From the NCBI GenBank assembly GCA_002269645.1, contig NIVC01000163.1:496001-560000 (forward strand): DNA of 64,000 bases, written 5' to 3'. The position numbers were made by a program, and so were the translations under genes. The stretch comes from Macrostomum lignano. Taxonomy: Eukaryota. Positions 37,195 through 50,454 of this stretch are shown one piece after another (the first letter of the stretch is position 1; the number at the start of each line of letters is the position of its first letter). The notes beneath the pieces are model-generated. The model was not told the DNA's origin, did not search any database, and worked only from the letters and a program-made list of their open reading frames with translations.

Positions 37195-38215
37195 GTCGGG
37201 CACAGCTCTGCCCGAGTCCAACTTGTGATGGTAGTTCTTATCCAGCGCGACCCCTGCGTTTCTGCTTCTGCTTCTGTTTCTGCTGACGCCTGTGCTTTGG
37301 GCGCTTTCCTAAAAGAGAACGGGCAGTCCGCAGTCAGTCGTTTCGTTGCAAGCAAAGTGCTGCTTTATTTTTTTCTCTCTCTCTCTCTCTCGCGTCTTGT
37401 CTGCCTCTCTTCTCTTCTCTGTGTTTATTTGTCCAAGTTAAGCAGACAATACGTCTTGTTGGAGGGGTGGGGTCTGAGAGCCTTTGGCACTGCGGTGGCT
37501 GCTGCTGCATTTCTCTGAGTTTGAGTAAGGTAGAAAGCTGAGAAGAGGCGGGGTAAGTGGAGGTGAGCGCTTTCTCTCGTGCTTGCGCGCAACAAACCTG
37601 CACGAACGCATCTCAAGAAATGCAAGAGATGCCCAAGGATGTTTTACGAATAGCAGCTGGACTGGACACTGCTAATACAACAATTAATATCAGATTGAAT
37701 CTAATCCAAGTAACATTAAGTTAATAGTCCTTGGTCTCGAGAGGATTATTAAAATACAAGGTAACTCTATATAGCCAAGGCTAGATACTAAAAATGCCAC
37801 ATCGAGGGCACATTTTGTGCAATTCAAAACATGGAACAGCCTTGCTAAACATACAACTCTGTTGTTTTTGTCGCGCTAATATGCCAATCTACTTCTAATG
37901 CTTACCTAATTCCAATTTTGCAGACGCTTCAGGTGATTAGGCTGGAGCCCTGGCCGATTAAATAATTGGTCATGCCAAGGAGGCCAAAGCCCCCCCCCCC
38001 AGTTATACTTGGTCTCATTTTAAAGCTGAACAAACTCTTCATGTTTGACTAAAAAAGTCTGAGCAGTAGAACAAGAGCCCCTGCACTCACGACTAAAGTT
38101 AAGTTTTTTAAACAAGAAAATTTCAACTTATAAACTGGACCAGTCAACTTTATAGAGAGCCGAGTCAGCCACAATCTGAAAAAATAAGACAGAATAAAAG
38201 AACTTCTCTAGAGAG

Positions 38216-38870
38216 ACGACTCTGTCTCTAGAGAGCTGAGTCAACAAGTCTCTAGAGAGACGACTCAGTGTCTCTAGAGATATGAGTCAACGAGTCTCTA
38301 GAGAGCTGAGTCAACAAGTCTCTAGACTTAGAGAGATGAGTCAGCAATTCTCTAGAGAGCTGAGTCAATAAGTCTCTAAAAAAGCGAGTAAACTTCTCTG
38401 GAGAGATAAGAAAGACTAGAAGGCCATCTTATGCGTAAACTTTGGTTCGAGAAAAAGTCGCCACTCAAGATCTACGTTCTGGGCCTCCTTGGCCAAGATC
38501 GCAGAAAATTAACTCGAACCTTCCTGCAATTAAGTAATTACACGACTCTGTCTCTAGAGAGCTGAGTCAACAAGTCTCTAGAGAGACGACTCAGTGTCTC
38601 TAGAGATATGAGTCAACGAGTCTCTAGAGAGCTGAGTCAACAAGTCTCTAGACTTAGAGAGATGAGTCAGCAATTCTCTAGAGAGCTGAGTCAATAAGTC
38701 TCTAAAAAAGCGAGTAAACTTCTCTGGAGAGATAAGAAAGACTAGAAGGCCATCTTATGCGTAAACTTTGGTTCGAGAAAAAGTCGCCACTCAAGATCTA
38801 CGTTCTGGGCCTCCTTGGCCAAGATCGCAGAAAATTAACTCGAACCTTCCTGCAATTAAGTAATTACACG
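38216..38870. repeat. 326-bp tandem duplication upstream of the Slo gene
   Basis: 38216-38541 is repeated essentially identically at 38542-38867. It is built internally from TCTCTAGAGA/TGAGTCA subunits. Confidence 0.9.
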
Positions 38871-39035
38871 GCACCCTGTCGGCATTGTTTTATGGCGAAT
38901 AAATTTGCAATTGCGAGGTTGAAGAGCACGCGAAAGTCCAATTATTTAGACATAAAGCCTTTCATCCGACATTACTTTTACTCAAATGCTGTCCGTCCAT
39001 GGCTTTTATATAAAGTACATTTAGATTTGTATAGC

Positions 39036-39790
<755 letters not shown>

Positions 39791-39794
39791 TTAC

Positions 39795-40190
39795 AGGACG
39801 GACTCGATCACCGTCTGGAACAACGCCGCCCTCTGGCGGTGAGGCAGGGCCTCGGACTGCAGGACAGCCCTCACGGAACGAAAGGCCGCCCTGGCAAGTC
39901 CGCGGCGACGTCACTAGTCCTCGTGAACGTCAGGCACCAGAACGCCGAGGTAGACAAACTGCTGACAACACGAAAGCCTCGTCACCTGCTTGTCAGCGTC
40001 CCGGCAGAAAATTGCAGCCTCGATGTCGTCCGCCACGCAGAACACGACAGTCTTCTGCGTGTTGACCACCGGCCGACACTCGCCGCAACGCCTAACAGCC
40101 GATCCAGCTGGCGCTGGGCGCCCTCGACGGCTTCAGGGGGCATCGTCCGGCGGATGCAGCGAGGAGGCGGAGGATACCGCCCATTCCGCT
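39795..40190 (-). mobile_element. Degenerate non-LTR retrotransposon RT fragment (RTE-like), distinct from the adjacent LINE
   Basis: The minus strand gives EGAQRQLDRLLGVAASVG-VVNTQKTVV ... QQFVYLG ... AAFRSVRAVLQSEALPHRQRAALFQTVIESVL, with frameshifts. This is the RT 6-7/thumb region; it ends abruptly at the (ATAG)n array. Confidence 0.65.
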
Positions 40191-40199
40191 AGCCCCTGG

Positions 40200-43100
40200 C
40201 GACCAAAGACTTCCATCGAAGTGATGTCGCTCAGGGGGACCCGTAGGTCTCGCCTGCAGCGCTTTTTCCTCCTCAACGGCGTTGGGGAAGAACTCAGCTC
40301 GTCACGTGTCCCTGAGGTACCGGGCCAGCAGCAGGATGCTCTCGGGCCTATACAAATGTCGGAGAGATCCGAGTTTGGCCCAAGGTGAGTGAGCCTGGCC
40401 CTGGTGAAAACGGGCAGTGGCAGATAAAGTGCTCGGCGTTCTCACTGCCTGAGGGGCAGAAGGGGCACCGCTCCTCGGGTACTTGGCCCTGAAGGAAGCG
40501 GTGGCGAGAGAAGCAGCCATGCCCGGAGAGGGCCATGCTAACTGAGGTCTCTGAGGTGTCTGCGGTTGAGCCTGAGGAGGGCTCTACGCAGGAGAGGAGA
40601 GGGGCAGGGGACGGCCGCACGGGATTGCCTACAATTCCGGGTGTCGTGCCACCTGCGGAGATGCTCGGAGTCAGTCCAGCGCTTAACGCGGGAGTTGATC
40701 ACCGAGGCGGGGATGGGGGCCCCTGGGCCCGGCCCCAGCAGCGCCGGCGGAGCCAGCCTTAGTCAGCAGGTCAGCGCGCTCGTTGCCGAGGAAACCGGCG
40801 TGGCCCGGGATCCATCTGAGCTCCACCTGGTTGCCTAGCGCAAGCCTGTTGAGCTGGGTGTTGCAGTCCAGGACGGACCTGGAGCTGGTGGTGCTGCGGC
40901 AGAGGGCCCGAAGGGCTGCTTGGCTGTCATAGTGAAAAATAAATTTCCGACCGCTGAGCTGCCTTCGGCGCAGCTCTGCCGCGCAGGAGCTGATGGCAAG
41001 CACCTCGCTCTGAAAAACACTGGAGTTGAGTCCAGTGTGCTGGGAGTAGCTCCACACAACTTCTCCATTGAAGAAGACGCAAGCTCCGAAGCCAGAAAGA
41101 CCATGCCTCATAGAGCCGTCAGTGTAACAGTGGACTTCAGAATCGCTCCCGCTGTCTCTCGTGTGGAGGCTGAATAGTGACCTTATACCTCTGGCTCAGG
41201 ATCTAGTCCGTGAGGATGTTGAGCCCACCACACTCCTCGAGAGCCTTAAGGCAAAGATCGGAGTGCGGGATAAGCGACCGCTTCTTAAAGACCCGCACTT
41301 TCTTGAAGGCCACCCCAGCATCTAGAAGACGCCGGGTGCTCTTCGCCGCCTCTCCTTTGATATAAATACCCGGAGGGGCACAGAGGAAGGCATTCATGCC
41401 TTCAAAAGGAGTAGAGGGTGGAGCGCCCATAGTCATGCGGCAGGCTCTGCCCTGGATTTTGTAGAGAGCGTCGAGGTTGCTTATGACGCTCAGACGGCTG
41501 GCCCGCACGAGGCTGTCGTAACTGATCGAGGGGCGTAAGAATGGCAGTGTAAATCCACCCCAGCTTCCTGGGGGTGAGCCTCCAGGTGGTGCCCACGGCG
41601 TGTCTGACCTGAGCCAGGACAGTAAGAGCTTTTTTAGCTTTAGTTTGAAGTTGCGGAGTCCAGTTAAGCCTGTGGTCCAGAGTGAGGCCCAGGCAGCCGA
41701 CCTGCTTCTCCATAGAAATGTCCTTTCCATAGAGGGTGAGCGGCTTAATGGTCCAGAGCAGTTTGTTGGTAGACATGACCGCTGTGGTTTTCTACTCTGA
41801 GAGCCTGAGGCCACATTGGTTTGCCCAACGCTCCGCTCGTCCCAGAAAGCCCTGCAGGAGATCTCTTGATGGTGTCGACTGAGGGGTCCGCGCTTATTGC
41901 GGTCACATCATCGGCATAGCCCGCCTTGAGAATAGGGTCATGGAGATCACTGCATAGCAACTCATCCATGCCCATGTTCTAGAGAAGGGGGGTGAGAACT
42001 CCGCCCTGGGGCCCCCTTTCTGAACAGGCGCCGTAAGAGAGCTGCCGTTCAGGTGGGCCACGACAGTGCGGTTCTGGATCATGAACATGATCCACAGGAC
42101 AAGGTGAAGGTGGGTGGCCCTGGATTCCAGGGCTCTGCAAAAGGCCTCGAAGATGACGTTGGCGAAAGCCCCCTCAATGTTCAGGAAAAGCGAGAGGGCA
42201 AAGCCGTTGCCAAGAACGGCCCTCTCCAGGAAGTCGACGATGACATGAAGGTCCACTGAAGGTCCATGCAAGTCCACTCTCAGTAGACCTGCCCGCGCGG
42301 AAGGCGTGCTGGTTCTGAGAGTGGGAAGCGCTTCAGCTCGACCGAGAGCAGGCGCCAAAGCACCAAACTTTCGAGTAGCTTAAGGCAGAAGGAAGTGAGG
42401 CTGATAGGCCTGAAGGCCTTCACCGATTGGAAGTCGCTCTTCCCAGGCTTGGGGATAAAGACCACCCGGGCCCGAACTGGCGGGACGCGGTGTAGTCAAT
42501 GAGGTTGTCTATCGCGTCGCAGACCACTTGAGCATCGCCCGGGAAGTAAGCGGATGCTGCCAGCACAGGTTTATTGGGAAGGAGGTTATTGATTTGAACA
42601 ACACAGATGTCCCCGGTCGAGAGATCAGGTCTCATACATGCCTTAAAAGCATTTGCAGCAAAGATCAGAGATCTTGGGCGAGGCTGGGAGTCCGCCATGC
42701 AAAAGCAGTGATTAGCCAGATGGTACGTTATTTGGCTTACCTTTAGTCAACCAGGGCTCCTGCACGAAGACTAGGCCCGAGAGCTGTCGCACGCATCAGG
42801 TTGACGCGTCACGCAGTGCTGGATGTTGATCTGCAGACACCAGGTTGACGCTGGCATCACTGCACCTCGGCGCTCACCAGCTTCGGGTCGGGGTCACCGG
42901 TGTCCATGGGCTCTTCAGCAAAAGGCCCCGATCGGTAGGAAGGCAATAGGCAGCGTTCGCCGCCCTTCGCCCATCAGCTACGGGGGCCTTGGAGCAGCCA
43001 GCCACCTGGGCAGGCGGGTCCGTCTCAAGTCGGCCCTGCCCTGGGCGTCTCGGCGACCTCTCGCCTCAGCTTGCTGATTTTGGCGGTGCGGACCGCTTCA

Positions 43101-44157
43101 GTTGCGCTTCAGCTTCAGTCGGTCGCCTTCGCCCTCAGCAGTGCCGTTCTGCCGGGCGGGGCGCTCGCTTTGGCAGCCTGGGCAGAAGCTCCCGCCTCGG
43201 ACCCGGCCGCCTCCACGTCCCGCCCGCCCTGCTTACCGCCGTCGGCCTCGTAAAAGCGGATGCGTACATGCAAGTTGATGAAGCTGCCGTGCGGATAGCG
43301 CCTCATCCAGGCGTCCGACAGCCCCAGGATGGATGTGAAGCCGGTGCCGTCGTGCGCTTTAGGTTAGGGTGTCATTTACCACTAGACCCACGGTAGAGAG
43401 CTCTCGGTTGACTGCTAGCAGTCCTTTCCGGAGCTCGTCAGAAGAGGTAACGACGCTCTTGGCCGGAACCCAGATTCGAAGCCTCTTGGTCTGGGGGCAC
43501 TCGTCCTCTCTGCAGAAGGCTAGGTTGAGGTCCCAGCTTTGCTCGGGCAGCAGCTCAAGGAGCCGCCGACCCGAGTCAGCATCACTGGGGCAAATAAGAC
43601 GGCACGAGTCCCTCGTCGCATTCGAGTGAATGTTCAGAGGCGTGCCCTTCAGAGTGAGCTTCCACAAGAGGCCATCAACAGTGCGGCTCACCTGCTTCAG
43701 CTGGTCGGGAGACAGGCATACGTCCTTTCCCAGGATGACAACCACCAGTTGCCTCTGCCGACTCAGCGTAGGAGGCCCGGGGTTCGGTGGAGTCTTCATT
43801 AGGTGGGTTGGCTGTCCACCCTCCCGCCTGCATCAGCTTCCCTATCCTGGGCAGGGACTTCAGTAGGCTCAGGGCCCTCTTCCGCCGCCGCCCCCGATTG
43901 GGAAGCTTTCACTGCTGCGGGCTGTTGGCCCCTGGCGCCGGTTAGGCTTCTGCCCTCCTTGGCCCGCCTCGCCTTGTTAAGCCGACGACGGGCAGCTCCA
44001 GAGGTGGTGCTCAGCTGCTGGGCAGCTGAAGTGGCAGGTGTCTTCTCGGAGGCACTGCGCTCAGATTTTGCTCCACGGGTCTCGCCGTGGCGTCCCCGAT
44101 GGTTGCGGATGGTCGCGGAGGCGCTGTGTCATCCACAGCCGGCAAGTTTCTTCGGCT
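40200..44157 (-). mobile_element. Decayed, 5'-truncated LINE of LOA/Lian type (ORF1, APE endonuclease, RT, RNase H, CCHC)
   Basis: Frameshifted pieces: ORF1 (SGAARRRLNKARR; LVVVILGKD...ICPSDADSGRRLL...LRIWVP), endonuclease (ICVVQINN..VLAASAYFPGD), RT (VFIPKPGKSDFQSVKAFRPISLTSFCLKLLE, LNIEGAF, GYADD, VGCLGLTLDHRLNW), RNase H (VFQSEVLAI, DSQAAL, LRWIPGHAGFLGNERAD) and CPFC..ENAEHFICHC. Stop at 40302. There is an internal deletion between APE and RT. Confidence 0.92.
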
Positions 44158-44357
44158 AGAAGCTGTCATGTCGTACATAAAAGAAGATTCATGCAACCCA
44201 TAAAAGAAGCGTCATGTCAGACATAAAGAAGTGTGCATGCAAAAAATAAAATAAGCGTCATATAAATGTAGTAGGTGTTTTGTTCTATCCTTTTATAATC
44301 GCACCATTGCCACCGGGTAAACTTCTACTCTATTGAAATGACCTAACTACTTCTCAT

Positions 44358-44700
44358 GTATTCTGGTAGCGTTTCTAATGTATTCTGGTAGCGTTTCTAA
44401 TGTATTCTGGTAGCGTTTCTAATGTATTCTGGTAGCGTTTCTAATGTATTCTGGTAGCGTTTCTAATGTATTCTGGTAGCGTTTCTAATGTATTCTGGTA
44501 GCGTTTCTAATGTATTCTGGTAGCGTTTCTAATGTATTCTGGTAGCGTTTTTAATGTATTCTGGTAGCGTTTCTAATGTATTCTGGTAGCGTTTCTAATG
44601 TATTCTGAGCGTTTCTGATGTATTCTGAGCGTTTCTGAGTTCTGATGTATTCTGGCAGTATTTCTGACGTATCCTGGTAGCGTTTCTGATGTATTCTAGC
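44358..44700. repeat. 22-bp minisatellite
   Basis: TATTCTGGTAGCGTTTCTAATG. A different degenerate ~22-bp ATAAAAGAAGCGTCATGT repeat flanks it at 44160-44270 and 45150-45450. Confidence 0.92.
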
Positions 44701-47700
44701 CCGAGCGGTTTTACTGGTAACATGTACTATTTCCAGTTCTGGGCGTTACTGAGATCAGAGGGTTCACAAAGTCACTCTTACGATTTGCTTGTATAATTTC
44801 CCAATTACCTTTATTAGTAAGATTCTTGGTAGCACTTTCGATTTTATTCGATTCAAAGTAAAAAAACTCGTAAAGATTTAAATATTTCTAAGCAAGGCTT
44901 ATCAACGAAAATGAGAGTGCGTGCGAGAGAGTGGCCGGCTCAGTCGGTTCGCGTCTGGTGTATTTGCGGCAAAAATTCACTTGTATATATAGGGTTTTGA
45001 TGGGCAGAATTAAAACAAAAAAGAATAACCGATAATGTATCGTGCAGTAAGGCAAACTTTTTAAATGCTTTTTCGGTTTCCGCGCAGTTTTAACTTGTCA
45101 AGAAATAACTACTTACGCGTGTAAAAGTACCCTAGCCTACTATTACATAAAAATAAAAGAAGCGTCATTTAAAACATGAAAGAAGCGTCATGTAGACATA
45201 AAATATGAGTCATGTAAAAAATAAAAGAAGCATCATATCAGACATAAAAGGCGTCATATAAAAAATGAAAGGAGTTTCACGTCAGACATATAGGAAGCGT
45301 CATTTAAAAAATATAGGAAGCGTCATGTACAAAATAAAAGAAGGGTCATGTAAAACATAAAATAAGCATCAGGTCAGACATAAAAGAAGCGTCATGTCAG
45401 ACAAAAAGGGTCATGTCAGACATAAAAGAAAAGGTCATGTAAAACATTCCTGAGGTGTCAAGGCTTGGGGGGAATTGCTGAGAGGTCAATGCTTACGAGG
45501 GAGGAGGGTTGCAAACATGTCAAGGGTGAGAGAGAATTTCACAAGAACCCTACAGTCAAAAGTTGTAAAGCATGATCAGACTGACAGTTGGCACATATAA
45601 CACGACACACAATTCGAAGATGTAGATAAAGATTTAAACATAAAAATTAGCCTAAATAACTACGTAAATATATTAATTCTCATAAAACGATTGAATGATT
45701 TTCAAAAAACTGGAGAGCGTCTAAAGTCCCGTGACTGCAATCACGAACGAAGCCACAAAACACAAAATTTTGAAAAGAAATTAGAAAACAAATTTTTGCC
45801 ACCTTTTCTACTATCTCAAGTAGTAATTAACCATGCAATTGGAGAATTACAAAAAGGTTATTTTTCAGCTGGCGCAAAGTGCTAGTTGGGAGTACACAAT
45901 GTTAATTAAATTAAAAATTATAACAAAAAACTAATCGAAATCTGCGGTAATTTTTTTCATTTTTTAGAGTCGGATCTAAACGGACCATTGCGGACGAATA
46001 ACGGACCCGCAGAAGTACAATGAATGACGGACTTTTTACATTAAGTAACTGAATATAGTCCTTTGGCGTGATTTACTGTAAAAACTAGACATTTTTCCAA
46101 ACCAGACGCAATTCCCTCGTGAGGACCCGTCGAGTCCGAAAGATGTCCTAGCCTACCTTTTACACCGGGATGTGTTGTAGCAGCGACTGCGAGTCTGCAT
46201 GGATGAGAACAAGTCAAATATCTGGTGAAAAATACCAAACCAAAAAGCTTTAATGCAGTAGATAACATTATGTATGTATGGATGATTTTGACAATTATAT
46301 CTTGATACAGTTCAATAGCCTAGAATATGGTTCCACGCAAATGTCTACATACTTGATAAAAAATTCAAGCAATTTTCACTGGGGTCGTTTTTGTGAGTTT
46401 AAATTTAAACTATTTTTCAGTTTTAGCACTAAAAATCACATTTTTAGTATATTGGGACTACAGATTTTAGTAAATCAGAAACCATACTCAATAAAACTAA
46501 TTCTAGCTTCCAACCCACGACGACAGGGGCAAAATATATCTACAAATAATAGGGACCAGAAGAACTACATGATATTTTTATGCTTTAAATAGGATCTAAC
46601 GTACCTTCGTATTAAAACAGAAGATCCATAGTAAAATAAAAGTTAAAAGGAAGCCGATGATAAGACCGATAATTAATCCAACGGTTGTGTAAGCAGGACC
46701 AGTACTATAAGCTGCTTGTACTTCAACTTCAAAGCATGCGCAAGTAGGCATTGGCCGTTGCTCCGCCTTCAAAGGCTGCTTCTTTTCTGTTTTAAGAAAC
46801 TGATATGTCTAAAACGGGGTAGTTTATCTAAATGTACTCACTCATCTACTGGACAAGAGAATGCCTTAAAAAGTTCCTGCAATTCATTTGAATGACTAGG
46901 AAACAAAGTCAACAAAACTCAAAATGCTTAAGTGCTATGCAAATTTAACTTTCCTAATAATAAACACGTTTAATTTGTTTGGTGCTTTTACTTTTAGTTG
47001 ATAAAAACATATTTTTTTAAAACAATAATATCTGTGTTTTAACTTCAAAGCCACAATTTACAAAAAACAATTTTTCAAAACAATGTTTTCCAAGAATGTT
47101 TAAAATTTTAGTCGGTAGGCGTCAGGCATATACGAGCTATATAATATAATATACCCTGCCAATGAAAAATTCATTGCTGATTACTTGCTTGGCTAGATAG
47201 CCTAGACCTAGATTCTTAAATGAGATAGGAGGAAGATTTAAAACCTTGAAGTGTTGTTAAGCAAATTTGAATGGTATAAAATTTGCTGCTAATGCTAATG
47301 TGCTAACTTAGCACTGCTAAGTAATATACATGGACCTCGCAATTGAGTTGAAATTCTTAAGAAAATTTATACAAGACAATATTTTTTGCTCAATGACAAT
47401 GATCTTAGGTTTTTCATTGCATGTTTTATTATTTTCTTATAAAATTATTTAACTAGTCTCTATCCTTTTTCATAGTGTAGCCATCATACCAATACCATAA
47501 TTACTATATTGTTTTTAACAACATATTCTATCTTTAAGTAATGGCAAATAAAATTAATTTCAATTTTTGTTTTATATCTATAGTAATTCTTTTACATATA
47601 TTGAGTTCCATATTATAGTTTTTTAATTGCATTTATATAGATAGATACAAAGAATAAAAGGATCAGCTGTTTAGTAGTATAGTAAGCTTTGTAAAAAACT

Positions 47701-47984
47701 GATTTATTAAAAAAACAGAGTAAAATCTATTATCTAATAAATCCTTAGTTTTTTCAAGAAATATTTTTTTGCAAAATAGTTATCTATATTTCAGTTATCT
47801 AAAATATTTTATTAAGACAGTACTTTAGGTGACTTTATGCTTAAATTTCATATTAAAATATTACATCACTTTTATGCATGACATTATCGAGTGAAAAACT
47901 GTCTTAATGCAACATTTGTATGCAAGCTATGGCCTTGTACTTCCTTGCAGACTGTGGCAGTGTGTTGGACAACGACTACTTAGC

Positions 47985-50151
47985 ATGGATACTTCTCTCC
48001 CAACTAAGAAGGTAGCTCGTATATCTGTTAACATGTTTGCATTTTTATTTATTTGCTAGATTTTTATGCAATGTTGTTTTCAACCATAGGATCTTTCCAA
48101 GCTGAGCCCAGAGCAGAGACAGGAGCTGCTGGATCCACTGCTGCAGAGCAGTTGGAAACTGGTTGATGGTCGCGATGCCATCTTCAAGAGTTACAAGTTC
48201 AAGGATTTTCAGCAGGTATGCATGCTATTTCCCTAAGGGTGATTTTCTTAAGGGTAGGCCTACAGCTTACTGTGACTCTCAAATGCAAAATACAACCATT
48301 GTAAAGCAACATCTTATGCATGACTGAGATTGTGCTATTGTGAATGGGTGAGATTTGACTTGCTGAATACTATTGTGGGTGAGATTTGACTTGCTGAATA
48401 CTATTGTGGGTGAGATTTGACTTGCTGAATTCTATTGTGGGTGAGATCTGACTTGCTGAATACTATTGTGGGTGAGATTTGACTTGCTGAATACTATTGT
48501 GGGTGAGATCTGACTTGCTGAATTCTATTGTGGGTGAGATTTGACTTGCTGAATTCTATTGTGGGTGAGATTTGACTTGCTGAATTCTATTGTGGGTGAG
48601 ATTTTGACTTGCTGAATTCTATTGTGGGTGAGATTTGACTTGCTGAATTCTATTGTGGGTGAGATCTGACTTGCTGAATTCTATTGTGGGTGAGATTTTG
48701 ACTTGCTGAATTCTATTGTGGGTGAGATTTTGACTTGCTGAATTCTATTGTGGGTGAGATTTTGACTTGCTGAATACTATTGTGGGTGAGATTTGACTTG
48801 CTGAATACTATTGTGGGTGAGATTTTGACTTGCTGAATTCTATTGTGGGTGAGATTTTGACTTGCTGAATACTATTGTGGGTGAGATTTGACTTGCTGAA
48901 TACTGTTGTGGGTGAGATTTGACTTGCTGAATACTGTTGTGGGTGAGATTTGACTTGCTGAATACTATTGTGGGTGAGATTTTGACTTGCTGAATTCTAT
49001 TGTGGGTGAGATTTGACTTGCTGAATACTATTGTGGGTGAGATTTTGACTTGCTGAATTCTATTGTGGGTGAGATTTGACTTGCTGAATTATATTGTGGG
49101 TGAGATTTGACTTGCTGAGTTCTATTGTGGGTGAGATTTGACTTGCTGAATTCTATTGTGGGTGAGATTTGACTTGCTGAATTCTATTGTGGGTGAGATT
49201 TGACTTGCTGAATTCTATTGTGGTGGATGAGATTTGACTTGCTGAATTCTATTGTGGAGGATGAGATTTGACTTGCTGAATTCTATTGTGGGGGAGATTT
49301 TGACTTGCTGAATTCTATTGTGGTGGATGAGATTTGACTTGCTGAGTTCTATTGTGGAGGATGAGATTTGACTTGCTGAATTCTATTGTGGGTGAGATTT
49401 TGACTTGCTGAATTCTATTGTGGTGGATGAGATTTGACTTGCTGAGTTCTATTGTGGAGGATGAGATTTGACTTGCTGAATTCTATTGTGGGGGAGATTT
49501 TGACTTGCTGAATTCTATTGTGGTGGATGAGATTTGACTTGCTGAGTTCTATTGTGGAGGATGAGATTTGACTTGCTGAATTCTATTGTGGGTGAGATTT
49601 TGACTTGCTGAATTCTATTGTGGGTGAGATTTTGACTTGCTGAATTCTATTGTGGGTGAGATTTGACTTGCTGAATACTATTGTGGATGAGATGTGACTT
49701 GCTGAATTCTATTGTGGGTGAGATGTGACTTGCTGAATTCTATTGTGGGTGAGATGTGACTTGCTGAATTCTATTGTGGGTGAGATGTGACTTGCTGAAT
49801 TCTATTGTGGGTGAGATGTGACTTGCTGAATTCTATTGTGGGTGAGATGTGACTTGCTGAATTCTATTGTGGGTGAGATTTGACTTGCTGAATTCTATTG
49901 TGGGTGAGATGTGACTTGCAGTCAATCGCAGAGCCCCGAAATCAATTAATATCTTCTCCCAATTCCAGGCATTTTCCTTCATGACCAACTCGGCCCTGAA
50001 CGCTGAGAAGCTGGACCACCACCCGGAGTGGTTCAACGTCTACAATCGAGTTGACGTCACGCTGACCACGCACTCCTGCGGTGGCATATCCAGTCGGGAC
50101 GTCCGTCTGGCCAGCGTAATGGACGCGGCGGCGGCCAAGTATTTTGCCTAA
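47985..50151 (+). CDS. PCBD: Pterin-4-alpha-carbinolamine dehydratase (PCBD/DCoH)
   Basis: Exons 47985-48011 (in-frame upstream ATG at 47907), 48090-48215 ([21 protein letters not shown]) and 49969-50151 ([48 protein letters not shown]...*). Confidence 0.95.
48345..49918. repeat. 31/32-bp minisatellite (PCBD intron 2)
   Basis: GTGGGTGAGATTTGACTTGCTGAATTCTATT x~50. Confidence 0.97.
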
Positions 50152-50454
50152 TCAAGCTTCTATTAATAATTGATGATTTCGCATTGTACTACTCAATTTG
50201 ACTAATTTAGTAGCGTATTTCGAATTATATTTTTGTTCTGTTAAAAATGTGCTATAAGAAAATAAATATGATAAAAGTAAACAGCGACTTAACAAGTTGA
50301 ACTGCTGACTAACATTGAGAGGGTTAAATTATAACTAGTAATAATAATACTGAATTAGCAATTATTACAATATTATAATGAAAACTAAATAACTGGGTTA
50401 AAATCTATAAGCTTTGAAAAATCAACACGCTCACCCAGATTTCTCATTTTCTAC

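Noticed and set aside
46116-46141. Hammerhead-like CTCGTGA-GGAC-loop-GTCC-GAAA
   Set aside because: The core deviates from CUGANGA at two catalytic positions, and no stem III or cleavage triplet can be formed. CTGATGA hits at 28651 and ~23250 also lack stem II/GAAA pairing.
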